Below the pieces are notes generated by a model. That model was not told the origin of the DNA. It ran no database searches and saw nothing but the letters and a program-made list of their open reading frames with translations. This document shows positions 28,892-39,153 of a stretch of DNA of 64,000 nucleotides, one piece after another. Origin of the DNA: an uncultured Chloroflexota bacterium (lineage in GTDB: Bacteria > Chloroflexota > Dehalococcoidia > Lucifugimonadales > UBA826); contig CAJWWP010000003.1 in NCBI GenBank assembly GCA_913048525.1, positions 7,190 to 71,189 on the forward strand. The letters are read 5' to 3'. Each line of letters opens with the position of its first letter. The first letter of the stretch is position 1. Made by a program: the position numbers and the translations under genes.

Positions 28892-29902
28892 CTATAGAGA
28901 TTTCTTTTTATTTGCTAAGGAACTTAAAATTTCCAGTATGACCCTGAGCGCTGCCTCGGCGGTAATGTTTGCTGGTCCTTCGTAGTCGGGAGCTACCTCA
29001 ACTACATCTGCAGCAATTGTTTCCACTGAGCCAACGATGGTTCTAACAGCTCGAAGTAATTCCACGGATGTAAGCCCTCCAGGCTCAGGAGTTCCGGTCG
29101 CAGGTGCAAATGCTGGGTCCAGTACGTCTATATCTACAGAAAGATAGATTAATTCGGGACCATCGAGAGCCTCTGATATTGCATCATCTAGTACAGGATC
29201 GAAGCCACGTGTTTCGATTTCCGACATCTGGTGCCATCTCATTCCCTGTTCTCGCATCCAGTCAAATAGGGTATGCGGTGGCCAGTAGCCGCGTAGCCCA
29301 ACTTGGACAAAATTTTTCCCTTGCACGATTCCATCTTCTATAAGTCGTCTCATAGGGCTGCTGTGTGATGCCAAGACGCCTCCGTAGGTGGCGGGGGCTG
29401 TGTCAGCATGAGCATCAAAGTGGACAATACCGACCTTGCCAGGTCCGTAATGGTTTGCAACTGCTGTTGCAGATGGGAGAGTGATCGAATGATCTCCCCC
29501 GACAACTATTGGAAGAGCGCCAGCTTTGAGGCACTGAGAGACTTTGGCTTGGATAGCTTCATGGCTTCGTTCAAGCGAACTAGGAGGACAATTGGCATCT
29601 CCAAAATCTGCCACTGAAAGAACATCGGTTGGATATACCTGTAGGCCCATGTGATACAAATCGTCATTTGGGGCACCAAAATACCCAGCCTGACGAATGG
29701 CTCTTGGACCGAACCTAGCGCCTGGCCGATTTACAACACCCATATCAAAAGGTGCTCCCATGATCGCAACTTCGACACCTTGTTCCTTTAACCCTTCAGG
29801 GGTTTGTATCAATGGGCTTTGTAGAAACGTTGAGACCCCAACAAAAGATGGCATATCTGCGTCTGAGTTTCTGTATATTGGATCATCTCCAGGTTTTCCC
29901 AA
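28892..29902 (-). CDS. speB: Agmatinase / ureohydrolase family protein
   Basis: GARFGPRAIR, GGDHS, DAHAD, SVDIDVLDPAFAP-TGTPEPGG. Confidence 0.85.
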   Translation of the reverse strand: MGKPGDDPIYRNSDADMPSFVGVSTFLQSPLIQTPEGLKEQGVEVAIMGAPFDMGVVNRPGARFGPRAIRQAGYFGAPNDDLYHMGLQVYPTDVLSVADFGDANCPPSSLERSHEAIQAKVSQCLKAGALPIVVGGDHSITLPSATAVANHYGPGKVGIVHFDAHADTAPATYGGVLASHSSPMRRLIEDGIVQGKNFVQVGLRGYWPPHTLFDWMREQGMRWHQMSEIETRGFDPVLDDAISEALDGPELIYLSVDIDVLDPAFAPATGTPEPGGLTSVELLRAVRTIVGSVETIAADVVEVAPDYEGPANITAEAALRVILEILSSLANKKKSL

Positions 29903-29994
29903 AGTCGTTCTCCTTGCTAACTATCGGTGTGCGTTTAGTAATCGTAGCATTCAAAGTTTTTCTGTTTGCCATCTGTATAGGTTAGAGTACGGTA

Positions 29995-31323
29995 ATGATT
30001 GCAGATTACCCAGAAGGCTGGACAACTAGAGTTCTTACACGTTTGCTTGGGCCGGCTATGGCCTTTCCTTCCTTCAGGGTATTCTGGTTCGGTACCCTTG
30101 CATCGGTATGTGGTTTCCAGGTGCTTAGTTTTGCACAGTTCTGGATTGTTCATCGTCTGACAGGTGACCCCTTGTTTTTAGGATGGGTTGGTCTTGCCAC
30201 CGCGGTTCCTGCGATTGTTTTGAATCTTTTTGGCGGAGTTTTGGCTGACAGGTTGGAGAGGCGAAAGCTTATCGCTGTGACTCAAACTGTGAACGGTTTA
30301 ATTATCTTAATCCTCGCAGCAGTGACGTTTACTGGGATAGTGCAAGCGTGGCATGTGATAGTGCTTGCCTTCTTTGCAGGAGCTGTGAATGCTTTTGATC
30401 AACCCGCAAGAATGGCTCTATATCCAATTCTGATCGATCGCTCTGTGATGATGAACGCAGTTTCTCTTAATAGTGCTATCTGGACGGGAACTAGGATTAT
30501 AGCTCCAGCAGTGGCGGGTTTGATTATTACGGTTGTGGGAGAAGGGTTCTCATTTCTTCTTTCGGCCATGGGCTTTTTCACCCTGGCTATGGTTGTTGTG
30601 CGTCTAAAAGTTCCAGATGGCATCAAGCCCGAGAGGCCGCAAAGAAAGTCTCGTTCGGATCTGATCGAGGGAATTAAATTTATCTTGGGGAATTCGATAT
30701 TTACTTTCTTGATAGCAATCACTTTTTTTAATAGCTTTTTTGGAATGTCTGTTATTCCGATGATGCCTGTGTTTGCAGTTGATATTCTGAAGGTCGGGGC
30801 AGATGGGCAGGGAGTCATGATGGGTGTTGGTGGGGTGGGGGCTTTTGCTATGACTCTAGGGCTGGGAAGGGTTGGGAATCTGAGGCATAGGGGAATGATG
30901 ATAGTGGTGGGATCCGCTGTGTTCGGACTGTCTCTAACATTGTTGGCGATAAGTTCGAAACAGCTTGGGAATTACCCTCTAGCGGTCTTTTTGATGTTTG
31001 TCATGGGCGCATTTAGCTCTGTTTACATGATTTCTATCATGAGTTCTCTCCAATTAATGGTGCCAGATCATATGAGAGGACGTGTTATGGGTTTTTATGG
31101 GATGACGTGGAGCATTATGCCTTTGGGTGCCATGTACACGGGAGCACTTGCCAAAGTGTTTGCTGACGCTGGCGAAGGTGTCCCGCTCGCTGTTGCTATT
31201 GGGGGAATCCTGGTCACACTGTTTGCTGTCGGTCCGATTGTAATGAATAAAGGAATACGCGATCTGGATGTAATCATCGAGGAAAGACAAAATATTAGGG
31301 AATCAACAGCTGGAGTAGCATAG
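29995..31323 (+). CDS. MFS transporter (DHA3/EntS-like)
   Basis: GGVLADRLERRK, FDQPAR, LQL-VPD-MRGRVMG; ~12 TM. Confidence 0.88.
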   Translation: MIADYPEGWTTRVLTRLLGPAMAFPSFRVFWFGTLASVCGFQVLSFAQFWIVHRLTGDPLFLGWVGLATAVPAIVLNLFGGVLADRLERRKLIAVTQTVNGLIILILAAVTFTGIVQAWHVIVLAFFAGAVNAFDQPARMALYPILIDRSVMMNAVSLNSAIWTGTRIIAPAVAGLIITVVGEGFSFLLSAMGFFTLAMVVVRLKVPDGIKPERPQRKSRSDLIEGIKFILGNSIFTFLIAITFFNSFFGMSVIPMMPVFAVDILKVGADGQGVMMGVGGVGAFAMTLGLGRVGNLRHRGMMIVVGSAVFGLSLTLLAISSKQLGNYPLAVFLMFVMGAFSSVYMISIMSSLQLMVPDHMRGRVMGFYGMTWSIMPLGAMYTGALAKVFADAGEGVPLAVAIGGILVTLFAVGPIVMNKGIRDLDVIIEERQNIRESTAGVA

Positions 31324-31395
31324 AGATAAATTGCAACACATCTTTATGAGCTCTGTTCGCTTTAGAGGATATAACTGCTGATCAAAGGAGAAAAA

Positions 31396-31920
31396 ATGGA
31401 CTTTAGAGAGGTACTGAAACTACAGCTTGAAGAATACCAAGGTGAGCTAAAACGCTTGATAAGTGGTTTAACAGATGAAGAAAGGCGAAAGATGCCCTCT
31501 GAGATGTCACACCATATTGATTTTGCCTTGTGGCATGCGACTCGCGCAGAGGATGTCCTGTTGAATTTTGGGGCTAAGGAAACAGATCAGCTTTGGGTGC
31601 AGGATGGTTGGCATGAAAGGTTCAATATACCGGCACGAGATGTAGGGGTTGGGTACTCAGCTGAGCAGGTTAGAGAAATGCCTTCTACACCGATTGAATT
31701 ATTGCTGGGATACCATGAGGCATGCAGGGAGCAAACGCTTGATTACATCTCCCATGTTGATCCTCTTGAATTGGACAAGCGATGTCCTTTCGAGGCACTT
31801 CATCGACAACTTCCGGACATCACTAAGGGTGGGGTACTCGCTCACATAGTGGTTGAAACGTCTCAGCATCTTGGTCAAATAGGATATATCCGAGGTATTC
31901 TGAGGGGTATAAACAGCTAA
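31396..31920 (+). CDS. DinB superfamily protein
   Basis: LWH...ED and H...QHLGQI metal-binding pattern; AAGGAG RBS. Confidence 0.85.
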   Translation: MDFREVLKLQLEEYQGELKRLISGLTDEERRKMPSEMSHHIDFALWHATRAEDVLLNFGAKETDQLWVQDGWHERFNIPARDVGVGYSAEQVREMPSTPIELLLGYHEACREQTLDYISHVDPLELDKRCPFEALHRQLPDITKGGVLAHIVVETSQHLGQIGYIRGILRGINS

Positions 31921-31948
31921 TTGACAACAGAATTGACTGGAAACCCCC

Positions 31949-32947
31949 TTAGTCGAATGCGCCTACAATCTCTTGTTCAATTCGCTCAAATTGCTCTATA
32001 TCTCCTGTTGGAATTCCACCAAACATTATCTCGTCAACCCCTGCTTCAACAAATTCCCCGATGCGTTGGATAACATAATCTTGGGAACCAGCAACAGAAC
32101 CGGAATCTTCCGGTGCCAGAAGTTTTCCGGCGTAATTCCCATGAGTGGGATCAGAGGCTCGGTATCCCAGTCGTCTTACAAAGTCATCGGCTTCTTTTTG
32201 ATTGTTGGTTATTTTTATGGGCATAAGCAACGAGTGTTTTATATCTGAAGGATCTCGATTGACATCCTCACAGTGGCGTTCCAGAACTTCCACCTTATGG
32301 TGGTATAGATCTAGGGACATCCCCCGACCAGACCATCCATCAATATTTAGGACGTCTCCATACTTTGCCAGTGTGCGGAGAGTTCTTTTTTCACCGGTTC
32401 CTCCCACTAATATGGGTACGTGAGGGTTGCGGTAGCATGGGGGAGATAAAGGGGCCTCTTCCAAACTGTAATATGTGCCTGAATAATTTACAGGTTCTTT
32501 GGATGTAAAAAGGAGCCTAATTAGTTCACAGGCCTCTTCAAAGCGATCAGATCTTTCCCGCATGGATGGAAATACCCAACCATAAGCCTCATGCTCCCGT
32601 GCGAACCATGCTGCTCCCAAGGACAAAATGAATCTCCCTTTGGAAGCTTGGTCTAGTGTTGAGGCCATTTTGGCGACCAGAGCCGGATTACGGTAGGTGT
32701 TTCCAAGGACGAGGTGTCCTATCTCTAATTTCTTTGTCATTCCAGCGGCGACCGAAGCCAGGGTGAAGCCTTCAAAGGCTGTGCCTTGCTCCTGATCACG
32801 TTGACCACCAGGTGACCCTGGAGAAGGTGGAAGAAAGTGATCCGCGAACCAGAGACTGTTCCAGCGGCCCCCTTCGAGAGTTTCAATTGATGATCTAATC
32901 TTCTCCCAGTCAGTGTTGTAGCAACTTACCTGCACTCCGAACTTCAT
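31949..32947 (-). CDS. LLM class, probably F420-dependent, oxidoreductase (Rv1855c-like)
   Basis: LWFADHF, GNTYRNPALVAKMA-TLD-S-GR, EH-AYG, VGGTGEKRTLR. Confidence 0.88.
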   Translation of the reverse strand: MKFGVQVSCYNTDWEKIRSSIETLEGGRWNSLWFADHFLPPSPGSPGGQRDQEQGTAFEGFTLASVAAGMTKKLEIGHLVLGNTYRNPALVAKMASTLDQASKGRFILSLGAAWFAREHEAYGWVFPSMRERSDRFEEACELIRLLFTSKEPVNYSGTYYSLEEAPLSPPCYRNPHVPILVGGTGEKRTLRTLAKYGDVLNIDGWSGRGMSLDLYHHKVEVLERHCEDVNRDPSDIKHSLLMPIKITNNQKEADDFVRRLGYRASDPTHGNYAGKLLAPEDSGSVAGSQDYVIQRIGEFVEAGVDEIMFGGIPTGDIEQFERIEQEIVGAFD

Positions 32948-33100
32948 ATTGTTTCCTTTCTCTGGATAATTAGTAGGTCTTGTCAGGTTTATGGTAGCAG
33001 TCTTCCTAATCAATGCTTGGTGATATTTCTAATGTTGAATGTTAGTATGCCTGGCCTAACAGCAAGAGCTTTGCAAATTGGAATAAAAGCGAGTGATTAA

Positions 33101-34087
33101 ATGTCTCAACGGATATTTCCCAATGATCCCAGAATCAAGTGGCTAGGTGCTATATCACTTGATTCTAATGATGAATATGTCATGCCGTGGAGAATTCCCT
33201 ATGAAGAGATAGATCTCTACAACATAGATCTTATGGGTAGAGCAGCCATGCCTGCAGGAGTTCGACTAACTTTTCAGAGTAATGCAGAGAAACTCCTATT
33301 TAGTTGCGAATCCTTGGAGGAGAGAAGCCCTGCAGATTTGTTTGTTGACGGGGAATATTTTGGGTCCGAAGCTACAGAAAATAGGGAAGCATTCGAATTT
33401 CATGGACTTTCACCTGGCAACAAGGAAATAGAGTTATGGCTACCACAATATGGAGAATTTAGATTTAAGGGATTAGAGATACCAGATGGAGCCTCACTGT
33501 ATGCTTCAACGCTGCCAAAACTTACAAAATGGGTCACTTACGGTAGTTCCATAACCCAATGTCGTCAGGCTGCTTCTCCAAGTTTGACCTGGCCATCTAT
33601 CGTATCTCGAAATCGTGGATCAGATCTTACCTGTCTTGGGTATGGCGGCCAGTGTCATCTCGATCCATTGATAGCCAGAGTTATCAGGGATAACGACGCA
33701 GATCTTATATCTCTCTGTGTTGGGATTAATGTATATACCAACCCCTCTATGAATGAGAGGACATTTGGTCCTAATATTGTGGCCTTTATAAAGATAATAC
33801 GAGAGAAGCATCCCTTAACACCTATTGCCATATTTTCTCCTATTTATTCCCCAGGGCGAGAAGATACAGCTAATGTTGTTGGATTTACGTTGAAGGGAAT
33901 GCGAGGCGAAATCAAAAGATCAGTTGATATTCTTATTAGTGTAGGGGATAAAAATCTTTATTATTTTGATGGTCTCGATATTCTGGATGCTGACGACGTT
34001 CATTTATTAGAGGATGGCCTGCATCCGAACACAGAAGGCTATGGATTAATGGCAAAAAATATAATTAAGATGTTGGATGTTATTTGA
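33101..34087 (+). CDS. SGNH/GDSL hydrolase family protein
   Basis: YGSSITQ, LGYGGQC, GIN, DGLHPN blocks. Confidence 0.88.
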   Translation: MSQRIFPNDPRIKWLGAISLDSNDEYVMPWRIPYEEIDLYNIDLMGRAAMPAGVRLTFQSNAEKLLFSCESLEERSPADLFVDGEYFGSEATENREAFEFHGLSPGNKEIELWLPQYGEFRFKGLEIPDGASLYASTLPKLTKWVTYGSSITQCRQAASPSLTWPSIVSRNRGSDLTCLGYGGQCHLDPLIARVIRDNDADLISLCVGINVYTNPSMNERTFGPNIVAFIKIIREKHPLTPIAIFSPIYSPGREDTANVVGFTLKGMRGEIKRSVDILISVGDKNLYYFDGLDILDADDVHLLEDGLHPNTEGYGLMAKNIIKMLDVI

Positions 34088-34134
34088 AGAGTACGCTGTT
34101 GGAATATAGGTGATAGTTTATTTACGACACGTGA

Positions 34135-36657
34135 TTATCTATTTCCTATAAGTTCTCGTGACGTGGCTCCGGATTTTTCTAGCTCATCAACTTCTGACTG
34201 CGAATATCCCAGTTCCGACAAAATAGTTTCATTGTGCTGACCAAAGCTAGGTCCGGAAAACTTTGGGAGCTTTGGACGTCTGGTTAGCCTCCATGTTGGC
34301 CGTGCGGTAAGGTGTTTTCCTTTAGCATCGTGTTTTACTGTAACGAAGTTCTCTCTTTCAACCGAATGAGGGTCTGTGAGCAATAATAATGCGGTTTGTA
34401 CAGGTGCCGCAGTTACACCGTTATTCTGCAAAGAATTTGCGATGTCATAGGAATCCTTTGTGACCGTCCATTCTGAGATGATGTCGTCTATAACCTTTTG
34501 GTTATCGAGCCTTCCCTCAACCGAAGAATAGGCGGAGTCAAAAAGTCTGGAATCTCCCACCACTTGAGTAAGTGACAGCCATTCTTTGTCTGATTGGCAA
34601 TTGATAGCAATCCATCGGTCCGTGACGGTATCGATGGTTTGGGTTTCAAGGTCCTCGTCGTCGTTTGGAAACACGCTCAGAATTGGCCTAGGTTCAGGAT
34701 CAGGCAGGCATGGATAAATTTCATGCGGAGCGTATCCACTGCGTTTATTGCCCGTTTTTGTTGGTATTCTGCAACCTAGAGCTTCAGCAATTATGTATTC
34801 GCCAATAAGGCCAGTTACTCCATCTCTTTGGGGTAATAGACAATAACAACCCTTTCCAGTGAGGGCCTTATGTATTAGGGCTGCTACTGCTGCTGCTGCA
34901 CACGTTGCTCCTGCGATGGGGTCACCATAAGATATTCCAGATTTGTGGGGAGCATCATTTTCATATCCTTGAAGTGCAACCAGACCACCCATTTGCTCTA
35001 TGGTTGGACCAAATCCTACTCGAGATGCATCGGAACCTTGGTGCCCAAACCCAGGCATCGATATGTAAATGATGTTGGGATTAAGCTTCCTTATGTCGTT
35101 ATATCCCAAACCATTTCGGTCGGCTACTCCAGAAGACCAGTTTTCTACGAATACATCTGCCGTTTTGATGAGCCGTTTTAGTGCTTGCATTCCAGGTTTT
35201 TTCTTAAAGTCTAGTGTAAGACTTCTCTTTCCCCGGTTATATTCATTGAAATAGCTTGAAAGGTTAATGGCGGGGGCTGTACGGCTTCCCCCTGCGGTCC
35301 TAACAGGGTCCGGAAAAGTTGGACCTTCTACCTTTATCACGTCAGCGCCCATATCTGCTAGAAAGCGCATTGCGTACGGCCCAGACCATACTTGTGTCAT
35401 ATCCACGACTTTTATGTTTTCAAGTGGAAGCGTTTTAGAGATAGAGGATATACCAGAGACAAGTGATTTTTTGGGCCCCTTGATGCGTATTGGTTCAGAA
35501 AAAATTTCATCATTATGTTGTCCAAGTAAAGGAGCTGTTGAAAAGTTGCCCTTATCGACTTTTGAGCTAGCATTTTCAGGGTTGAGGGTAAACCATATCG
35601 GTCCAGAGGGCACCGGGTGTTTTCCCAGAACTGGATGGGTTACCTCTTGCCAGAAATCTGTTTCCTTATGGTGAGGCCATTGAAGCAGTTCTGCCGGCGT
35701 AGGAATCATCGCGAAAGGCGCACGGTAGTCGTCAGCGATCTCAAATATTTCCTGGGCAGTATGTTTCATAGTGAAATTGGGAACTAAAATTCTCAGCAAT
35801 TCATCAGCATCCGGTGACCAGGCGCTGTTTGCGAATAGAGGATCTTTTTTCATATCCGATAGTCCCATGACGTCAAGAACCGAGTGAGTTTGTCTCGGCA
35901 TTGACGCGACACCGATCCAGCCATCCTTACAAGGATGAACTCCCCAAAGAGCTCTTGGATTGTTACCTCCTCGTTGTTGGTCGCCTCCATACCAGAGAGC
36001 AACCGGACCAGCTCCTTCCAGGGTGGCCGTCTGAACTTCTTGTATAGAGATATCTATGATGTCACCGACCCCTGTGTTAGTAGCAGCATATATCGCGGTC
36101 AGGAGCGCTCCAAACGCGTGGAGACTTGCTTGCATATGAGCTTGGTGCCCTGCAGTTAGCAGCGGGGGTTTATTTGCATCCCCAGTCAGATACATTTGTC
36201 CTCCAGATGCGTATGCTGTGAGAGCACTAGTTGTCCACTGGGAATAGGGCCCTGTTTGTCCGAAGGGAGTCACTTGGACAATTGATAGAGAGGGTTGTAT
36301 CTCGGAGAGAGCAACAAGATCAAGGCCCAAAGACGTGAGTTCTCCTGGCTTATATCCGTCAATGATTCCATCTGAACTCAAAACTAGTTCGGATGCTTTG
36401 GCCACGTCTGCAGGGTCTTCAAAGTTAAGTACAACAGAACGTTTTCCAGTGCCCAGATATGCAAAAAGTATACTGTTGTTAGGATCTAGTGGGTCACCCG
36501 TGTTGGGAGTGGGAGGCAGGTGACGGATGGGATGCCCACCGGGGGGTTCGACAGTTATTACATCGGCACCGTAAGCAGCGAATAACCTTCCGACGTTCGC
36601 AGTGGCTACATCAGTTCCTAATTCTACTATTCGCAGATTACTGAGAATTTGATTCAT
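34135..36657 (-). CDS. Double-domain class III CoA-transferase (two fused CaiB domains)
   Basis: Two CaiB units; the first lacks and the second has the catalytic Asp (SYGDPIAG). Confidence 0.9.
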   Translation of the reverse strand: MNQILSNLRIVELGTDVATANVGRLFAAYGADVITVEPPGGHPIRHLPPTPNTGDPLDPNNSILFAYLGTGKRSVVLNFEDPADVAKASELVLSSDGIIDGYKPGELTSLGLDLVALSEIQPSLSIVQVTPFGQTGPYSQWTTSALTAYASGGQMYLTGDANKPPLLTAGHQAHMQASLHAFGALLTAIYAATNTGVGDIIDISIQEVQTATLEGAGPVALWYGGDQQRGGNNPRALWGVHPCKDGWIGVASMPRQTHSVLDVMGLSDMKKDPLFANSAWSPDADELLRILVPNFTMKHTAQEIFEIADDYRAPFAMIPTPAELLQWPHHKETDFWQEVTHPVLGKHPVPSGPIWFTLNPENASSKVDKGNFSTAPLLGQHNDEIFSEPIRIKGPKKSLVSGISSISKTLPLENIKVVDMTQVWSGPYAMRFLADMGADVIKVEGPTFPDPVRTAGGSRTAPAINLSSYFNEYNRGKRSLTLDFKKKPGMQALKRLIKTADVFVENWSSGVADRNGLGYNDIRKLNPNIIYISMPGFGHQGSDASRVGFGPTIEQMGGLVALQGYENDAPHKSGISYGDPIAGATCAAAAVAALIHKALTGKGCYCLLPQRDGVTGLIGEYIIAEALGCRIPTKTGNKRSGYAPHEIYPCLPDPEPRPILSVFPNDDEDLETQTIDTVTDRWIAINCQSDKEWLSLTQVVGDSRLFDSAYSSVEGRLDNQKVIDDIISEWTVTKDSYDIANSLQNNGVTAAPVQTALLLLTDPHSVERENFVTVKHDAKGKHLTARPTWRLTRRPKLPKFSGPSFGQHNETILSELGYSQSEVDELEKSGATSRELIGNR

Positions 36658-36674
36658 TTTTCTGTTCTTACAAC

Positions 36675-37889
36675 TTAAAGGACTATTTTTTCTTCGTTGT
36701 GACTGTACTTTCTTTGAAAAATCTCTTTATCCACATTAAGTCCTAACCCTACTGCATCTGCAACCTCATAGCTTCCATTCTTAAATTTGAACTCATCCTC
36801 TTTGTATACATTCGGAGCTATCCGTTCATCCTCTAGTGATATAAAACCTTCGCACGAAGCTCCATAGATCAGGGCCGCTCGGGTTCCGAAGTTTCCATTT
36901 CCAAAGCAGTGAGGCTGAGACACGACTTTGGTACCTGAAAGTTGATCTTCAATCTGCTTCCACCGAGAAAATCCCTGGGAGACTATGTCGGGCTGATAAC
37001 CATCGAAGACTCCTTCCTCTGCCATATCCATGTACACGTAACTGATTGGATCCCTGTCGACTTCGCCACAAACCAGTAAAGCACCTGATCCTAAGCGTTC
37101 TTGTATTCGGCGGATTTCTTTATATTCTTCTAGTGAAGGAGGAATCATTTCTTCCAGCCAACCCAGATTTGCTGGCAGAGTTTCTTTTATAAAAAATTCC
37201 AGCAGATCTAGTCTGTTCTTGTACCCGAAATTCGCGTCTACATAGAGAATAGTTTCTGGGCCAACTGCTGCACGAATTGAATTGACCACATCAGCGTCTC
37301 TCTGTGCGCCGGATGCAGGGGACATCCATCTACCTCCCCGCCCAACTTTAATTTTCATTTGGCGCCATCCGAGGGAATGAGCCTCTTTAGCTTCATCGAC
37401 TATTGAGGCAATTCCATTATTTAAATGGTCCGGATTGCGAAGATCCTGAAAATATAAGGTAGTATCGTAAGCAGGTACTCTATCTCTAACCTTTCCACCA
37501 AGTAAGTCAATTGCGGAAACTCCCAATTCCCTTCCAGCCAGGTCATAGGCAAGAATGCTCATCCATCCATTCTGTCGGAAGGCCCGCCCAGAGTTAGGTT
37601 TTGGCTTAACCACCCTGCCATCCGAGATTTCCAAAAGGTCATCTATGCGAATTCCGAGAAAAACCTCTCTGAGTATTTTCATTAATTCCTCTACGGAATG
37701 CCCTCCGAGATTGGACATGAAAGCATTTGCAATTGTCAGACCTTCGATACCCCCTTCCGTTGTTGCACGTACCAGCCATTCAATACCAGATATTCCGTGG
37801 CCTGCATTTCTTGCGTTCCTGCCTATTTCGTGTGGGAAATAGGCAGGAATAGGAGTGACGCTTATCTCAGTTATCTTCTGAGAGACCAT
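36675..37889 (-). CDS. Mandelate racemase / enolase superfamily protein
   Basis: KIKVG KxK motif, VDAN, WLEE, GE metal ligands. Confidence 0.85.
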   Translation of the reverse strand: MVSQKITEISVTPIPAYFPHEIGRNARNAGHGISGIEWLVRATTEGGIEGLTIANAFMSNLGGHSVEELMKILREVFLGIRIDDLLEISDGRVVKPKPNSGRAFRQNGWMSILAYDLAGRELGVSAIDLLGGKVRDRVPAYDTTLYFQDLRNPDHLNNGIASIVDEAKEAHSLGWRQMKIKVGRGGRWMSPASGAQRDADVVNSIRAAVGPETILYVDANFGYKNRLDLLEFFIKETLPANLGWLEEMIPPSLEEYKEIRRIQERLGSGALLVCGEVDRDPISYVYMDMAEEGVFDGYQPDIVSQGFSRWKQIEDQLSGTKVVSQPHCFGNGNFGTRAALIYGASCEGFISLEDERIAPNVYKEDEFKFKNGSYEVADAVGLGLNVDKEIFQRKYSHNEEKIVL

Positions 37890-37998
37890 TATTTATCCTC
37901 GCTAGTTCATATCGTAATAATCTGCCCGATCCGTTGCTCATCTTCAAGATAGTGGAAGCAAGACCAATTGATTATCAGATAATTAATTTGAACAGTAG

Positions 37999-39054
37999 TT
38001 AGCAAAATTCGGGCATCACTCGCTTGGCGAATAAGCGCATTGATTCTTGGACTTCCTCGGTGGTTAATCTACCTCTTCGGTTGAATTCTAAAATGCATTG
38101 ATCAAGAGAGGGTATTTTTTCCTCGATTTCTTTAAGTTTATTTATGCAGCCCTCAGGGTCATCATAAATCGAATGAATGCAGGCCTCATCAAAGTTCCAT
38201 GTCCCCCAACCACCTGCTCCCGATGAAAAATCGTGTCTTCCTCCGCCGATCGCTGAAGAGTGTACGGGTGGGCCTTCCACTATGACGTCGCTGTCACGCC
38301 AGTTCCGAGACATGAGCCTATGGGCCTTATCTTGTGTTTCGGACACAAAGAGTGAAATTGCGATATGAAATGGCTGTGGGTTATGGGAGGATTTCTCCGA
38401 AGCTGAGGTGTTGCTAAACTGAACGGCGTGCCTTTCCAAGTTGGCGATAGGTTGACTAAAAGTGGTTCCTATTACACCCAAGCCTTCTCCGCCAGCGAAC
38501 GTGAAACTGGTGTCACTGTTGGCTGCCAGCAGTAGTGGTGGATGAGGTTGTTGCAGGGGAAGAGGAACTACGGGAACGTCTTCAAATTGCCAGTATTTAC
38601 CATCATAATCAAGTCTTTCGCTGCTCCAGGCTTTTCGAAGGATATCTGTAAATTCCGCCACCATTGCTCTGCTAATACTTTGGTCGATATCAGGGGGAAT
38701 TCCCATCACTTGGCTGGAAGCCCCTCCGTAACGTCCCCCTAGACATAAATCTAGCCTGCCGTTAGTCACAATGTCCGTGGTTGCAGCAGACGTTGCAAAA
38801 TCCAGCGGATGATGCAATGGAATCTGCGTGGCCAGGGTTCCAAAACGTATGTTTTGAGTGTGTTGAGCAGCGGCAGCGGCAACAATGAGAGGCTGTGACA
38901 TCGGCCTCGTAGGATAGAAAGGAGATTCGGCAAGCCAGGCTTCCGCAAACCCCAATTCATCCCCTAATGTTATTTCCTGGATTGTTTCGATGTGCCGGCG
39001 TGCTACTGTGGAGCCTTCATATCCGGGTACTTGCCAAAAAAGTCCAAATTTCAA
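37999..39054 (-). CDS. LLM class flavin-dependent oxidoreductase
   Basis: ELGFAEAWLAE, HHPL-A---AT-D---NGRL, P-P-QQPHPP; likely TTG start at 39054. Confidence 0.85.
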   Translation of the reverse strand: MKFGLFWQVPGYEGSTVARRHIETIQEITLGDELGFAEAWLAESPFYPTRPMSQPLIVAAAAAQHTQNIRFGTLATQIPLHHPLDFATSAATTDIVTNGRLDLCLGGRYGGASSQVMGIPPDIDQSISRAMVAEFTDILRKAWSSERLDYDGKYWQFEDVPVVPLPLQQPHPPLLLAANSDTSFTFAGGEGLGVIGTTFSQPIANLERHAVQFSNTSASEKSSHNPQPFHIAISLFVSETQDKAHRLMSRNWRDSDVIVEGPPVHSSAIGGGRHDFSSGAGGWGTWNFDEACIHSIYDDPEGCINKLKEIEEKIPSLDQCILEFNRRGRLTTEEVQESMRLFAKRVMPEFC

Positions 39055-39153
39055 GATAGTTCCCCTTGATCTTTTTTCTGAGAGCCGAAGGCATAGTAGC
39101 ACTCGCTGAGAAAAATATGGGAATTGCTAAATCTAGCGAATGTTCATAATGGC

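Noticed and set aside
29903..29994. Guanidine riboswitch upstream of the agmatinase-like gene
   Set aside because: The spacer is short and shows no ykkC, mini-ykkC or ykkC-III motif.
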